This document shows, piece by piece, positions 25,881 through 35,649 of a DNA stretch of 45,465 bases. Source of the DNA: an uncultured bacterium (GTDB lineage: Bacteria > Bacteroidota > Bacteroidia > NS11-12g > UBA9320); NCBI GenBank assembly GCA_963933305.1, contig CAWVTM010000001.1, positions 1 through 45,465 of the forward strand, given 5' to 3'. Under the pieces are notes generated by a model. That model searched no databases. It had not been told where the DNA came from and was given only the letters and a program-made list of their open reading frames with translations. Each line of letters begins with the position of its first letter. Position 1 is the stretch's first letter. The translations under genes and the position numbers were made by a program.

Positions 25881-28800
25881 ATGAGAAGATTGATATTTTT
25901 TAAAACCCTCGTATTACTGCTGTGTATAAGCTCATCTCTGTATTCTGTTGCACAATCTAAATCTAATAAAGGAGTAGAATTCTGGGTTGGATTTATGTTT
26001 CATTATGAAGGGACTAGTGCAGGACATTCGCTGTACATCACTTCAGATTCAAATACAAATGGAACAGTCAGCGTGCCGGGAGAAAGTTGGTCCTCTAACT
26101 TTTCTGTTACGGCAAATAATCTAACGGTTGTAACTATTCCGAGTTCTGTAGCATATAACGGATGCTCTGATTGTATAACCTCAAAAGGGGTAAAAATAGT
26201 TTCAGATGATAATATTGTAGTTTACGCACATCAGTATCTGGGTAACCAGTCAGACGCTACATTAGTATTGCCTACAAGAACTTTAGGAAAAGAATATTTT
26301 GCTGCGTCATACTATCAAAGTTCAGCTTCTAGTACAAGAGGAAGAAGTACTTTCCTGATAGTGGGTACTCAGGACAGCACCGTAGTCAGGATTACTCCTA
26401 AAATTGCTATTCAAAAAGGTACAGCTACTGCGAGCACTGGCTCACTTCCTGCGAGTACAGCATTTGAAGTTACTTTAGATGAAGGTGAAATATATCAGGG
26501 TTATGGTTTTGGTGCTTCATCATCTGATGACGTGACAGGGACTTCTTTCGAAGTTATAGATACAGGTATCACTGCAAATTGTCGTAAAATAGCAGTATTT
26601 ACCGGTAGTTCGTATGCAAGGGTAGGGAGTGGTTGCTCGGGAGGATTCAATTCTGGAGATAATTTATATGAGCAAATGTTCCCGATAAACTCTTGGGGAA
26701 AACGATTTATACTCGTTCCTTCTTTAGGAAGAAGTGGTGATGATTTTAGATTTATTGCCCAAGAGGACGGTACTGAAGTAGTAGTCTTTAAATCCGGACC
26801 TCCAGATATTTTTAATTTAGATAGGGGAGAATTTGCTCAGATTGATGACGAAAGTGCCATTAGGTATTGCCAAAGTAATAAGCCGATTATGGCAGTGCAG
26901 TATCAGCGAACTGCACGTTGTGATGGCGGAGGGAATAGAACTGGTGACCCTTCAATGACAGTATTAAATCCCTTAGAACAAACACTCAAGGATATTACTG
27001 TGTATAGCAGTGAATTTGCAGATATTGATAATCACTACATCAATGTAGTTATACCTGGATATGCAGCATCTAGTTTTAGAATAGATGGTAATACTGCTAC
27101 TTTTACTACTGTGCCCGGAAATGCGTCTTACAGCTATACAAGAATATCTGTGAGTAAAGGTAATCACAGACTCACCGCTAACGTTGGATTTATAGCTACA
27201 GCTTATGGTGAAGGTAGATATGAAAGTTATGGATATGCGGCAGGTGCTAACGTGATAGACCTTACTGCTCAAGCTAAAGTGGCCAATAGTACCCAAAATG
27301 GTAAGGTAACTAACTGTATAGGAAGGTCAACTAGATTTACAGGAGAAGCTGAGTACGCGGTGGTACGTTGGGAATGGGATTTTGGTGATGGCGTTATCGA
27401 CTCTATACAGAACCCGTCACATTTATATGCCGATACAGGTACTTATTTAGCTAAGCTATATACATATAAACCGTCTTTTGATGGTTGTTCTAATTATGAT
27501 TCTGCATTCGTAGAAGTGAGAATATATGGTAAACCTATTGCTCGCTTTAGTAAAACAAATCTTTGCGATAGTTTGACTGCTATTTTTACAGACCAAAGTA
27601 TTATGCCCTCACCAGAGACTAAGTTAATATCCATTTGGAATATACAAGGAGCTGGCGGCTTGAAATATGGAAATCCTGTTTCTCACTTATTTGATACTAC
27701 AGGTAAGTTTGAGGTGAGTATGGAGGTAATCACAAATAATCAATGTAAGGATACCCTAGTAGATTCATTGATGGTTAATCCTATTCCAATAGCAAATTTT
27801 GATATTTCAGATGCTTGTTTTTATGACAGCACTTACTTATTTGATCAGTCATTTTTATTGACTGGAGATATTGATACGCACAGATGGGAGTACAGTGATT
27901 TTTCTGGTTCTTTGGATGAAAACCCTAGTCACTACTTTCAGGATAGTGGAAGGTACGAGATTACACTATATGTGGTTTCTGATAGTGGGTGTAGAGATAC
28001 CGTAACAAAAGAGCTGTATAAATATCCACGTATGGACGTATCATTTAGTTATAACGACACTTGTTTTGGTGAAGGGAATATTTTCTTAAATACAAGTACC
28101 AAAGATGGGGGCAACTATACAGATACAACTTGGTATACATCTGAACCAGATACGGCATTTACATATAACTACTCATCTATATTTGGTAATGTCGGCTCAT
28201 TTACTGTGCAGCTGGTCATGGAGCAGGATAGCTTTTGTACTGACACATTTACCAAAATAGTAGAGGTAGATCCTCTTCCAGTAGCACTATTTACGGTGTC
28301 TGGCCTATGTTTGAGCGATAGTACTTCATTTTTAGACGTTTCATCTTTATCATCTGGCACGTACACCTTAGCTTGGGATTTTGATGATGGTATGACTGGT
28401 ACAGGTTATGCTAATACAATCCAGTACGCTAGTTTAGGTCAAAAGAGTGTTATGCTTACGGCTACCTCAGATTTAGGTTGTGTATCAGATACTACTATTA
28501 ACGTATTAATCACTAATCCTGAGATTGTTAGCCTTAACATTGCAGATGTGTGTGAGGGGACTAGTCAAATATTTAGCTCGAATAATAGCCTTGGTTTAGA
28601 CAGTTTTTCCTCTTATAGTTGGACAGTGGAAGGTAATGTTATCGGCTCTGGCTTTATTACAAGTTATAATGCTACACCGGCAGGTATTTATAAAGTTAAT
28701 CTGGATGTGAGGACTAAAAACGGGTGTGCGATTTCCTTATTGGACAGTTTTGAAGCTTACGTAAGTCCGAGTGCTGACTTCCTAGTGTCAAATGTGTGCG

Positions 28801-30038
28801 ATGGTGAAAACATCCTCCCTTTGGATAATAGTACAATCTCAGCACCAGGCACTGTTAATGGATATCAATGGTATATAAATGGAGCAAGTAGCTCTACAGA
28901 ACAGAACCCAATAATTAGTACTTCTGGAGCAGGGGATTATGATATTAAATTAAAAGTAAGTAGTGTGAATGGTTGTATAGATAGCATTCAGAAATCTGCT
29001 ACTGTGTACCCTACGCCAAATGCTTCATTTAATTCTGCTAATCAATGTTTTGGAGAGAATACTACCTTCACTAATGCTAGTGTAGTATCTACGGGTAGTG
29101 TACCTTCTATACTATGGACTATAGATGGTGCAGACTACACTAGTAACACAGTATTATATACATTCCCCACATTTGGAGATTACCTTATTCGTCTTATAAG
29201 TGAAAGTGACAGAAGTTGCAAAGATACGCTTACCCGTGCTGTTTCTATTCACCCATTACCAATATTGGATGTCCAGTTAGCAGTAGACAGCGGTTGTATT
29301 CCATTTGATGCTGAGGTGATTAATAAGAGTACTATCTCTACAGGTGCAATTAGTAAAACTACTTATACTTGGGGTGATGGTACTGTAAATCAATCCAATA
29401 CTCATGTATACGGAACACCAGGTACTTATACCGTGAGCATAGCAGCCGAGAGTGATCAAGGTTGCAGAGATTCTATAGCTATATCTAATCCTATACGCAT
29501 ATTTAATCTGCCTAGTGCAGACTTTAGGTTTACGCCATTAGAGCCAAGCACACTCACAGAATTTGTTACATTTAAAGATTCTTCTAGTACAGATGTAGTC
29601 CAATGGGACTGGACTACCAGTGATGGTGGCTATTATACCGGGATATTGGCAGAACACCAGTTTTTAGATTCGGGAGAGTATAATGTCACACTGACTGTAG
29701 TAAATGATAAAGGATGTGAAGATGATATAAGTAAATTGATCTATGTGAATGCAGATCTCTTTGTGCACATACCCAACGGTTTTTCTCCCAATGGTGATGG
29801 AATAAATGATACCTATGGACTAGGTGGTCTTACTCAAGGAGTATTTCAACTTAAATTAACAATATACAATAGATGGGGAGAGCTTATATATGCTGCTTCT
29901 GATGTCAATGATAGATGGGACGGAACATATAAAGGTAAGCCTGTACCGCAAGGAGTATATCTTTATCTTGTTCAATATACAAACCCTAAACAGACCAAAT
30001 GGTACTATCGCAACGGTGAAATACACGTATTGAAGTAA
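25881..30038 (+). CDS. Large secreted adhesin-like protein: N-terminal beta-helix-like region, 10 PKD-like repeats, and a T9SS type B (gliding-motility-associated) C-terminal domain
   Basis: Has a signal peptide. The N-terminal KGVEFWVGFM resembles the IgGFc-binding-protein-like N-domain common in such Bacteroidota proteins. The repeats and the C-terminal domain are described in the next two features. Confidence 0.85.
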   Translation: MRRLIFFKTLVLLLCISSSLYSVAQSKSNKGVEFWVGFMFHYEGTSAGHSLYITSDSNTNGTVSVPGESWSSNFSVTANNLTVVTIPSSVAYNGCSDCITSKGVKIVSDDNIVVYAHQYLGNQSDATLVLPTRTLGKEYFAASYYQSSASSTRGRSTFLIVGTQDSTVVRITPKIAIQKGTATASTGSLPASTAFEVTLDEGEIYQGYGFGASSSDDVTGTSFEVIDTGITANCRKIAVFTGSSYARVGSGCSGGFNSGDNLYEQMFPINSWGKRFILVPSLGRSGDDFRFIAQEDGTEVVVFKSGPPDIFNLDRGEFAQIDDESAIRYCQSNKPIMAVQYQRTARCDGGGNRTGDPSMTVLNPLEQTLKDITVYSSEFADIDNHYINVVIPGYAASSFRIDGNTATFTTVPGNASYSYTRISVSKGNHRLTANVGFIATAYGEGRYESYGYAAGANVIDLTAQAKVANSTQNGKVTNCIGRSTRFTGEAEYAVVRWEWDFGDGVIDSIQNPSHLYADTGTYLAKLYTYKPSFDGCSNYDSAFVEVRIYGKPIARFSKTNLCDSLTAIFTDQSIMPSPETKLISIWNIQGAGGLKYGNPVSHLFDTTGKFEVSMEVITNNQCKDTLVDSLMVNPIPIANFDISDACFYDSTYLFDQSFLLTGDIDTHRWEYSDFSGSLDENPSHYFQDSGRYEITLYVVSDSGCRDTVTKELYKYPRMDVSFSYNDTCFGEGNIFLNTSTKDGGNYTDTTWYTSEPDTAFTYNYSSIFGNVGSFTVQLVMEQDSFCTDTFTKIVEVDPLPVALFTVSGLCLSDSTSFLDVSSLSSGTYTLAWDFDDGMTGTGYANTIQYASLGQKSVMLTATSDLGCVSDTTINVLITNPEIVSLNIADVCEGTSQIFSSNNSLGLDSFSSYSWTVEGNVIGSGFITSYNATPAGIYKVNLDVRTKNGCAISLLDSFEAYVSPSADFLVSNVCDGENILPLDNSTISAPGTVNGYQWYINGASSSTEQNPIISTSGAGDYDIKLKVSSVNGCIDSIQKSATVYPTPNASFNSANQCFGENTTFTNASVVSTGSVPSILWTIDGADYTSNTVLYTFPTFGDYLIRLISESDRSCKDTLTRAVSIHPLPILDVQLAVDSGCIPFDAEVINKSTISTGAISKTTYTWGDGTVNQSNTHVYGTPGTYTVSIAAESDQGCRDSIAISNPIRIFNLPSADFRFTPLEPSTLTEFVTFKDSSSTDVVQWDWTTSDGGYYTGILAEHQFLDSGEYNVTLTVVNDKGCEDDISKLIYVNADLFVHIPNGFSPNGDGINDTYGLGGLTQGVFQLKLTIYNRWGELIYAASDVNDRWDGTYKGKPVPQGVYLYLVQYTNPKQTKWYYRNGEIHVLK
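27330..29750 (+). repeat. Array of about 10 divergent PKD-like domain repeats (protein level)
   Basis: The recurring pattern is F.D.S....W.FGDG....NP.H.Y...G.Y.V.L.....GC.D. Examples are WDFGDGVIDSIQNPSHLYADTGTY and YTWGDGTVNQSNTHVYGTPGTYTV. The repeats are not identical at the DNA level. Confidence 0.75.
29757..30035 (+). other. T9SS type B C-terminal sorting domain
   Basis: IPNGFSPNGDGINDTY...IYNRWGELIY...WDGTYKGKPVPQGVYLYLV...GEIHVLK. Confidence 0.85.
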
Positions 30039-30062
30039 TAGTAATTTATGTGATAAAATATT

Positions 30063-30113
30063 AGAGAGCAGAAAGTTTGATATTCTTGTCGAAGTTTCTG
30101 CTCTCTTTCGTTT
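30063..30113 (+). terminator. Rho-independent terminator of the PKD-protein gene
   Basis: Perfect 12-bp stem AGAGAGCAGAAA (30063-30074) / TTTCTGCTCTCT (30095-30106), followed by TTCGTTT. Confidence 0.75.
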
Positions 30114-30141
30114 AATAGTTCTAAAATCGAAGGATAAATCA

Positions 30142-30624
30142 ATGTTTAAACTAAGTATATTATTTTTAATGATGTCTATTTTTGCGTGTAACAATAATGA
30201 CGGTAAACGAATCCCCGATTTCAGTTTTATTAGTATAGATAAACAAACCATCACACAAAATGATTTAAATGGAGAGGCTACCATAGTAGTGGTATGGGCT
30301 ACATGGTGTGGAGATTGTATACGAGAAATACCAGAGTTGAATGATTTAGTAGAAAAGTATAAAAACAATGAAAAAGTGAATTTTTTAGCCTTGAGTGATG
30401 AGGATGAAGCTACCGTAAGAAAATCTCTTAAAAGATTTCCATTCAACTTCACACACATAGTAGATTCCAAAAAATATAGTGATCAGCTCAAAACAGGTAT
30501 TACCAAACACTTTCCGCAGGTACTTGTAATAGATAAAGATTTAAAGGTTGTTTTTGATGTTACAGAAAACAAAGAGAAGATATTTAGTGTTTTAGATAAT
30601 CATATTCAAAGTATTCTTAAGTAA
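30142..30624 (+). CDS. TlpA/redoxin-family thiol-disulfide oxidoreductase lipoprotein
   Basis: Lipobox-like signal MMSIFAC, CxxC site WATWCGDC, and a thioredoxin fold. Confidence 0.8.
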   Translation: MFKLSILFLMMSIFACNNNDGKRIPDFSFISIDKQTITQNDLNGEATIVVVWATWCGDCIREIPELNDLVEKYKNNEKVNFLALSDEDEATVRKSLKRFPFNFTHIVDSKKYSDQLKTGITKHFPQVLVIDKDLKVVFDVTENKEKIFSVLDNHIQSILK

Positions 30625-31827
30625 TTGATAGCACAATGCGATAGACCATTAGCCCAGCAGCTAGTGGATAAAACAGTCATTCACACATCTATATCCCAAG
30701 TAGATAAGATATCGTGGAATGCCGTAATTCAAAGTGAAAATATTTACCTAAGTATCCCTTATCTAGCTTCCCTAGAGAAGGCATTACTTGACTACTCATT
30801 CAGGTATTTTCAATTTTACTCTGAAGATAATAAGCCCATTGGCATAGGATACTGTCAAATCATAAAAATAGGTGGTAATGACATAAATAAAGATGCACTA
30901 GCAGAAAGAATAGGTGGATTACTTCCAAAAAGTATAATGAATAATATAGACGTTCGTATCCTAATCTGTGGAAATGCTTTTGCTAGTGGTGAGAATGGGT
31001 ATTACTTTCTGCCGAGTATAGATAATAAATTGGGTCTCGATCTCGTCACCAGTGCAGTAGATGAAGTGGACACCTCTGCTCATAAAGAAGGTAAGAAGAT
31101 AGCCATTACACTTATTAAGGAGTTTTGGCCAGAATCATTTAAAAACATAGCATATCTGAAGGAAAAAGGCTACTGTGAGATTAATATCGATGTGAATATG
31201 GTACTCACACTAGACTCCTCTTGGACTAGTTTTGATCACTATCTTTCAGATATGAACTCTAAGTTTAGGACCAAAGCAAAGGGCATATTCAAAAAGTCTG
31301 AAAAACTGACTGCAATCAATTTTGATATCCCAATGATAGAAAAAAGATTACAAGAAATAGATGAGCTGTATACTATAATAGTGGATAAAGCGAACTTCAG
31401 TTTTGGTAGACTGAACGCTAAAACACTTCTAGAGATTAAGAAAGCTTTAGGCCATCAGTTTTACTTCAAAGGTTATTATTTGGGAGATAAACTTATCGGC
31501 TTTAGCACTGCCACATCATTTGGTGAAGTATTAGATGGTAATTTTATAGGATTAGATTATGATTATAATCAGGAATATGCGGTTTACCAGCGTATGTTAT
31601 ATGACTTTGTGCAGCATGCTATAGAAATAGGTGCTAAGCAAGTAAAAATAGGACGTACGGCAGAAGAGATAAAAAGTGGAGTAGGAGCTCAGCCAGTAGA
31701 AATGAAGTTTTATGCCAAGCATAGAAATAAGGTGACCAATGCTTTACTTCGACCATTCATACAGAAGCTAAAACCCAATGATTTTAATCTTAGAAAACCG
31801 TTCAAAGCAGAATACTACGAAGCATAA
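30625..31827 (+). CDS. GNAT-fold (FemAB/BioF2-like acyltransferase) domain protein, function unknown
   Basis: 400 aa. The C-terminal half (FYFKGYYLGDKLIGFSTA...YQRMLYDFVQHAIEIGAKQVKIGRTA) looks like an Acetyltransf_6-type GNAT. TTG start directly after the TlpA stop (0-nt spacer). The family call is tentative. Confidence 0.45.
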   Translation: MIAQCDRPLAQQLVDKTVIHTSISQVDKISWNAVIQSENIYLSIPYLASLEKALLDYSFRYFQFYSEDNKPIGIGYCQIIKIGGNDINKDALAERIGGLLPKSIMNNIDVRILICGNAFASGENGYYFLPSIDNKLGLDLVTSAVDEVDTSAHKEGKKIAITLIKEFWPESFKNIAYLKEKGYCEINIDVNMVLTLDSSWTSFDHYLSDMNSKFRTKAKGIFKKSEKLTAINFDIPMIEKRLQEIDELYTIIVDKANFSFGRLNAKTLLEIKKALGHQFYFKGYYLGDKLIGFSTATSFGEVLDGNFIGLDYDYNQEYAVYQRMLYDFVQHAIEIGAKQVKIGRTAEEIKSGVGAQPVEMKFYAKHRNKVTNALLRPFIQKLKPNDFNLRKPFKAEYYEA

Positions 31828-32970
31828 ATGGACTCGCTTACTCAGATAGTATTAGGTGCTGCAGTAGGAGAGGTACTGCTCGGCAGAAAGGTAGGAAATA
31901 AAGCTATGCTTTGGGGTGCTGTAGCCGGCACTATACCGGATTTAGACGTTTATCAATCGCTTATTTTCGATTCGCTAAAAGCGAATGAACTTCATAGAGG
32001 GTTCTCACACAGTATACTATTCAGTGTAATTTTTGCACCTCTGTTGGCGTGGATATTGGTCAAGAAAGAGAAGATTTTATTGGCCACATTAGTAGGAGCT
32101 ATATTAGCCTATCCTGCTCTCAGTTCAGGAAATCCTTGGGTCATTGGTGTACTTTCCATAGTATTTACTGTCTGCCTTTATTTTATTCTAAAAAATAAGT
32201 ATGATTCTGATAAAGCGACCAAACGCGATTGGACTAAGCTATTTTTTTGGAGTCTGTTTACTCATCCGCTGCTAGATTGTCACACTACCTGGGGTACTCA
32301 GCTTTTGTGGCCATTGCCACACAAGTTTGCATGGAATAATATATTTGTTGTAGATCCTTTGTATACCGTTCCTTTTTTAGTGTGTGTTATTATAGCAATG
32401 TGTTACCATAGGCAGTCGAGCACTCGTACATATTTGAACTGGACAGGGATAGCCATAAGTAGTTTATATATGATTTGGGCTCTAGGTGTTAAGTGGTATA
32501 CTTTTAATGTTTTTGAGGACAATTTAAAATCTAAAGGCATAGTGTACAGTCGATTAACAACAGTACCTACACCTATGAATACCTTTCTGTGGAGTGCCAC
32601 AGCAGATGGAGATACAGTATTATATTCTGGTCTGTATTCTATATTTGATAAGAATAAAGAAGTCGAATTTTATACCATAAAGACCAATCATAATCTTGTG
32701 AATCGGTACTCGGGTGATGATGTACTTGATAGACTAAATTTCCTATCAAAAGGCTGGTATGTAATTGATAACGATAATCCTGATACACTAGTGTATAATG
32801 ATACCCGCTTTGGTCCAATGTACTTAGGAGAAAAACCATTGTATAGTTTTGGTTATCAGCTTACGGAGACTCCCGAAGGAGTTAAAGCCTCCGCACAACG
32901 TCCGGAACTAGATGCTGACCAAGTGAATAAGATGCTTAGCACCTTGTGGAATAGAATCTGGGGTAAATAA
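31828..32970 (+). CDS. YdjM/DUF457-type membrane-embedded metal-dependent hydrolase with a C-terminal extension
   Basis: MDSLTQIVLGAAVGE...GTIPDLDV...HRGFSHS is the YdjM signature. Several TM helices are followed by a soluble tail of about 170 aa. The ATG directly follows the preceding stop. Confidence 0.7.
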   Translation: MDSLTQIVLGAAVGEVLLGRKVGNKAMLWGAVAGTIPDLDVYQSLIFDSLKANELHRGFSHSILFSVIFAPLLAWILVKKEKILLATLVGAILAYPALSSGNPWVIGVLSIVFTVCLYFILKNKYDSDKATKRDWTKLFFWSLFTHPLLDCHTTWGTQLLWPLPHKFAWNNIFVVDPLYTVPFLVCVIIAMCYHRQSSTRTYLNWTGIAISSLYMIWALGVKWYTFNVFEDNLKSKGIVYSRLTTVPTPMNTFLWSATADGDTVLYSGLYSIFDKNKEVEFYTIKTNHNLVNRYSGDDVLDRLNFLSKGWYVIDNDNPDTLVYNDTRFGPMYLGEKPLYSFGYQLTETPEGVKASAQRPELDADQVNKMLSTLWNRIWGK

Positions 32971-32976
32971 AATATA

Positions 32977-32995
32977 GATACACATCTGGTGTATC
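32977..32995 (+). terminator. Possible terminator hairpin after the YdjM-like gene
   Basis: GATACAC-ATCTG-GTGTATC (perfect 7 bp), 6 nt after the stop and followed by ATTTG. The T-tract is weak. Confidence 0.4.
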
Positions 32996-33134
32996 ATTTG
33001 ATATAATCTCTAAGTACGTTGGTTTGTTAGAAGAATAGCTTTTAAACAGGTAGATGTATATCTATGAGTTATATAAATTGTCATTTAATGATTTTAGTAG
33101 AAGCTTAGCTAAGAATAGCAGTTAAAAGTAATGA

Positions 33135-33755
33135 TTATAACTCGGTGCATTGCACTATGCCTAAATAGATAAGGTAAACACCAAAACAAGCAATGATGAT
33201 ACCTATAATCCGAAATAAATAAATCAATAGGTGTGATTTTAGATGAGGTACTAAGTATGCTGCTCCAAAGGCCTTAGCCGAATCTGTGGCAAAAATACCA
33301 ATTAGTATGCCGAGCATATAGAGGTAAACGTCAGATACCGTGCTATACATAGTTTGTGCTAAAGTGACAAATCCCATCCAAATTACAAATACCGTAGGAT
33401 TTGCAAAATTCACAATAAACCCTTGTCCGAAAGATACGAAATACCCTTTTTTCTGAGTTGAAGATGATTCTTTTAGATGTGTAATGGGTCTGGTATAAAA
33501 TATAAATCCAAAACTGAGTAGGATAGAGGCCGCTAAAAATTTAACTACGGGCAGATGGATATATTCATTGATAAAATCAGCAGCAACGTAGTAACAGATA
33601 GCAGCTATGACTATATCACTTACTACTATACCGAGTGCAGTAAGTAACCCTGCGGTTATCCCTTTTTGTATGGCATTTTTTAGCAGCGTAAAAAATACTG
33701 GACCCAAGAATACGATGGTTCCCATTCCAGTAAGAATGCCGTTGAAAATAGCCAT
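33135..33755 (-). CDS. LysE/RhtB-family amino-acid exporter
   Basis: 206 aa with six TM helices. The N-terminus FNGILTGMGTIVFLGPVFFTLL is typical of the family. Confidence 0.8.
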   Translation of the reverse strand: MAIFNGILTGMGTIVFLGPVFFTLLKNAIQKGITAGLLTALGIVVSDIVIAAICYYVAADFINEYIHLPVVKFLAASILLSFGFIFYTRPITHLKESSSTQKKGYFVSFGQGFIVNFANPTVFVIWMGFVTLAQTMYSTVSDVYLYMLGILIGIFATDSAKAFGAAYLVPHLKSHLLIYLFRIIGIIIACFGVYLIYLGIVQCTEL

Positions 33756-33760
33756 GGGTT

Positions 33761-33768
33761 CAAAAGTA
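33761..33768 (-). promoter_or_regulatory. -7 promoter box TACTTTTG (lysE-like gene)
   Basis: The plus strand reads CAAAAGTA. Only 5 nt separate the box from the ATG at 33755. Confidence 0.45.
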
Positions 33769-33773
33769 GAACA

Positions 33774-33804
33774 AAATAACTCTAACCTGAGTTTAGAGTT
33801 ATTT
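33774..33804. repeat. Perfect 12-bp inverted repeat AAATAACTCTAA / TTAGAGTTATTT (7-nt spacer)
   Basis: Arms are at 33774-33785 and 33793-33804, immediately upstream of the lysE-like -7 box on the minus strand. It could be an operator or the terminator of the upstream DUF3817 gene. Confidence 0.6.
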
Positions 33805-33994
33805 AATATAATTTCGTGGCAAAAGACTAACTTAAGATATGAGACATGATTATGTTAACTTATACTAGGGATTCACTTGGTATCTAAGTGGAAGTGTAAT
33901 TGATAAAATAGTAATAGCAGCTGCAAACAATCCTAAAGCGATTACTGGAGATGATTACAGTGGTGAAATTTCATGGACATATATAAAACCATAA

Positions 33995-34264
33995 CTATAA
34001 GTACTTTTTATCTACGTAAAATGTCCCAAATGGAATAATCGAAGCCAGTAGAACGATTACCATAGTTTTCGCATCCCAGTTTTTAAACTGTCGAATAACA
34101 ATGGCTAAGAAAATATAAGCTACGAATAAGAGTCCGTGTGGCATTCCTAGAGATTTTACCCAGCTTGGGTCTTCAGCCAAATACTTAAGCGGCACACCTA
34201 CGCCTAAAAGAAGTAAATATGAAATACCCTCTAAGTAACTGATTATTCTGAATGCTAATAACAT
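33995..34264 (-). CDS. DUF3817-family small membrane protein
   Basis: 89 aa with FRIISYLEGISYLLLLGVGVPLKYL...MPHGLLFVAYIFLA. Confidence 0.7.
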   Translation of the reverse strand: MLLAFRIISYLEGISYLLLLGVGVPLKYLAEDPSWVKSLGMPHGLLFVAYIFLAIVIRQFKNWDAKTMVIVLLASIIPFGTFYVDKKYL

Positions 34265-34351
34265 GCCACGAATTTAGAATATTATATAAATACTTGCAGA
34301 CTTATTCTGTATACTCTTCTGCCTATAATTTATATTATGTTAAGTAGATGA

Positions 34352-34386
34352 AGCTAAAAGAAAAGGGAGCTCTTTGAGTCACTCCC
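34352..34386 (-). terminator. Rho-independent terminator of the TPR gene
   Basis: The minus strand reads GGGAG-TGACTCAAAGAG-CTCCC followed by TTTTCTTTT, 60 nt after the stop at 34447. Confidence 0.65.
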
Positions 34387-34446
34387 GATTCCGATGTTAT
34401 GGTTAATAACAGTCTTAAATGTTTTCGTTATACAAATCTAGTATAA

Positions 34447-35649
34447 TTAATTGGATTCTATAAAAGATTTCATTTCTGCGTACTTTTCCATTTTCTCTAG
34501 TCTAGCATATATCTTTTTCATCGTACCTGCTAATAATACTTTATCCGCCTGCGGCATATCGTCATTGTTATTGAATACATTTTCGAATTCTACTATCGCT
34601 TTTTTATACTCTATATTTATTTCAGCCTCACTTTTTTCGATGATACTCGGCTTGTATACTCCATTCAGTTCTTCTACTATTTCAGCCACCCTGTTAAGAT
34701 ATATTACTCCTTTATTATATGAAGCATCGAAGTATTCAGGATTTATTTCTAGTATTTTGTCATAATCAGCTACTGCTTTATCATTTTCACCCAATCCTTC
34801 GTAGCTTATGGCTCTGGCAAAGTAATATATAGTATTACCGGGATCATCCGCTATAGCACCGTTCAGTTTTTCAATAAGTTCTTTACTTCGACCTTGCTTG
34901 AGGTAGATATCTAATTCCATGTTAATTAGCGTTTTATCTGCCTCATTCATGTCTTTACCACTCATGATTGTACTTAGTGCAGCAGTGGTATCGCCACCTT
35001 TGAGTTGAAGTTTAGCTAAGTTCGCATAGATACTCCCTTCAGCGGTACCTTTATCTACTAAAACTTGAAGTGCCTTTTTAGCTTTTTCGTCTTCCCCACC
35101 GTTCATAGCTGAGAACGCCATCATTTGCTCCAGTACTTCTGCTGTCAGATTATTACGTTTCAGTTGTCCTTCAGTATCATACTTCATCAGAGGTACCGCC
35201 ATCTCAAAGTTCCTATAAGATTCCTGATACTCTTCTGTTTGGTATGCGGTATACCCTTTGTTATATAGACCTATGGCTACATTGAGTAGATTAGCTTCTG
35301 AGTCCTCAGTCACTCTTTTCTTCGCATCTGTCTCTAAAGCATTTTGAAATGCATCATGTGCGATATATATGGCATCTGGATGAGCTTTACTCAGCTCATT
35401 ATTCAAGTTGCTTACTTTGAGATAAGTAAGACCTCTATAATACCACATCTGCGGATTATTAGAAGTCTTGGTATGTTCTTTAGTCTCCTCAGACCATTTT
35501 ATCAAGCTTTCGTAATCCCTATCACCATCAGTCTTTGTACGATCCTCTAGTTCCATTTTCATGGACTGTATCGTAAATTTCTGTGCACTTACATTTATCC
35601 CTATAAATAAGGATGCTAGTACGATTATATAATTGAATTTAATCTTCAT
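34447..35649 (-). CDS. Secreted tetratricopeptide-repeat protein
   Basis: Signal peptide [23 protein letters not shown] and multiple TPR-like helices ([36 protein letters not shown]). An alternative ATG lies at 35670. Both candidate starts lie inside the 3' end of gyrA. Confidence 0.75.
   Translation of the reverse strand: MKIKFNYIIVLASLFIGINVSAQKFTIQSMKMELEDRTKTDGDRDYESLIKWSEETKEHTKTSNNPQMWYYRGLTYLKVSNLNNELSKAHPDAIYIAHDAFQNALETDAKKRVTEDSEANLLNVAIGLYNKGYTAYQTEEYQESYRNFEMAVPLMKYDTEGQLKRNNLTAEVLEQMMAFSAMNGGEDEKAKKALQVLVDKGTAEGSIYANLAKLQLKGGDTTAALSTIMSGKDMNEADKTLINMELDIYLKQGRSKELIEKLNGAIADDPGNTIYYFARAISYEGLGENDKAVADYDKILEINPEYFDASYNKGVIYLNRVAEIVEELNGVYKPSIIEKSEAEINIEYKKAIVEFENVFNNNDDMPQADKVLLAGTMKKIYARLEKMEKYAEMKSFIESN

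Noticed and set aside
25881-30038. The PKD repeat protein as a target of a diversity-generating retroelement or cassette recombination.
   Set aside because: There is no reverse transcriptase, template repeat or near-identical DNA repeat anywhere in the window. The repeats are divergent at the nucleotide level.
29856-30470. A 204-aa minus-strand ORF.
   Set aside because: It runs antisense across the type B C-terminal domain of the PKD protein, the 12-bp-stem terminator and the TlpA gene. It has no recognisable motif and is incompatible with three well-supported features.
33607-33849. An 80-aa plus-strand ORF.
   Set aside because: It is antisense to the 5' half of the lysE-family gene and extends across its promoter and palindrome. 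It has no motif support.
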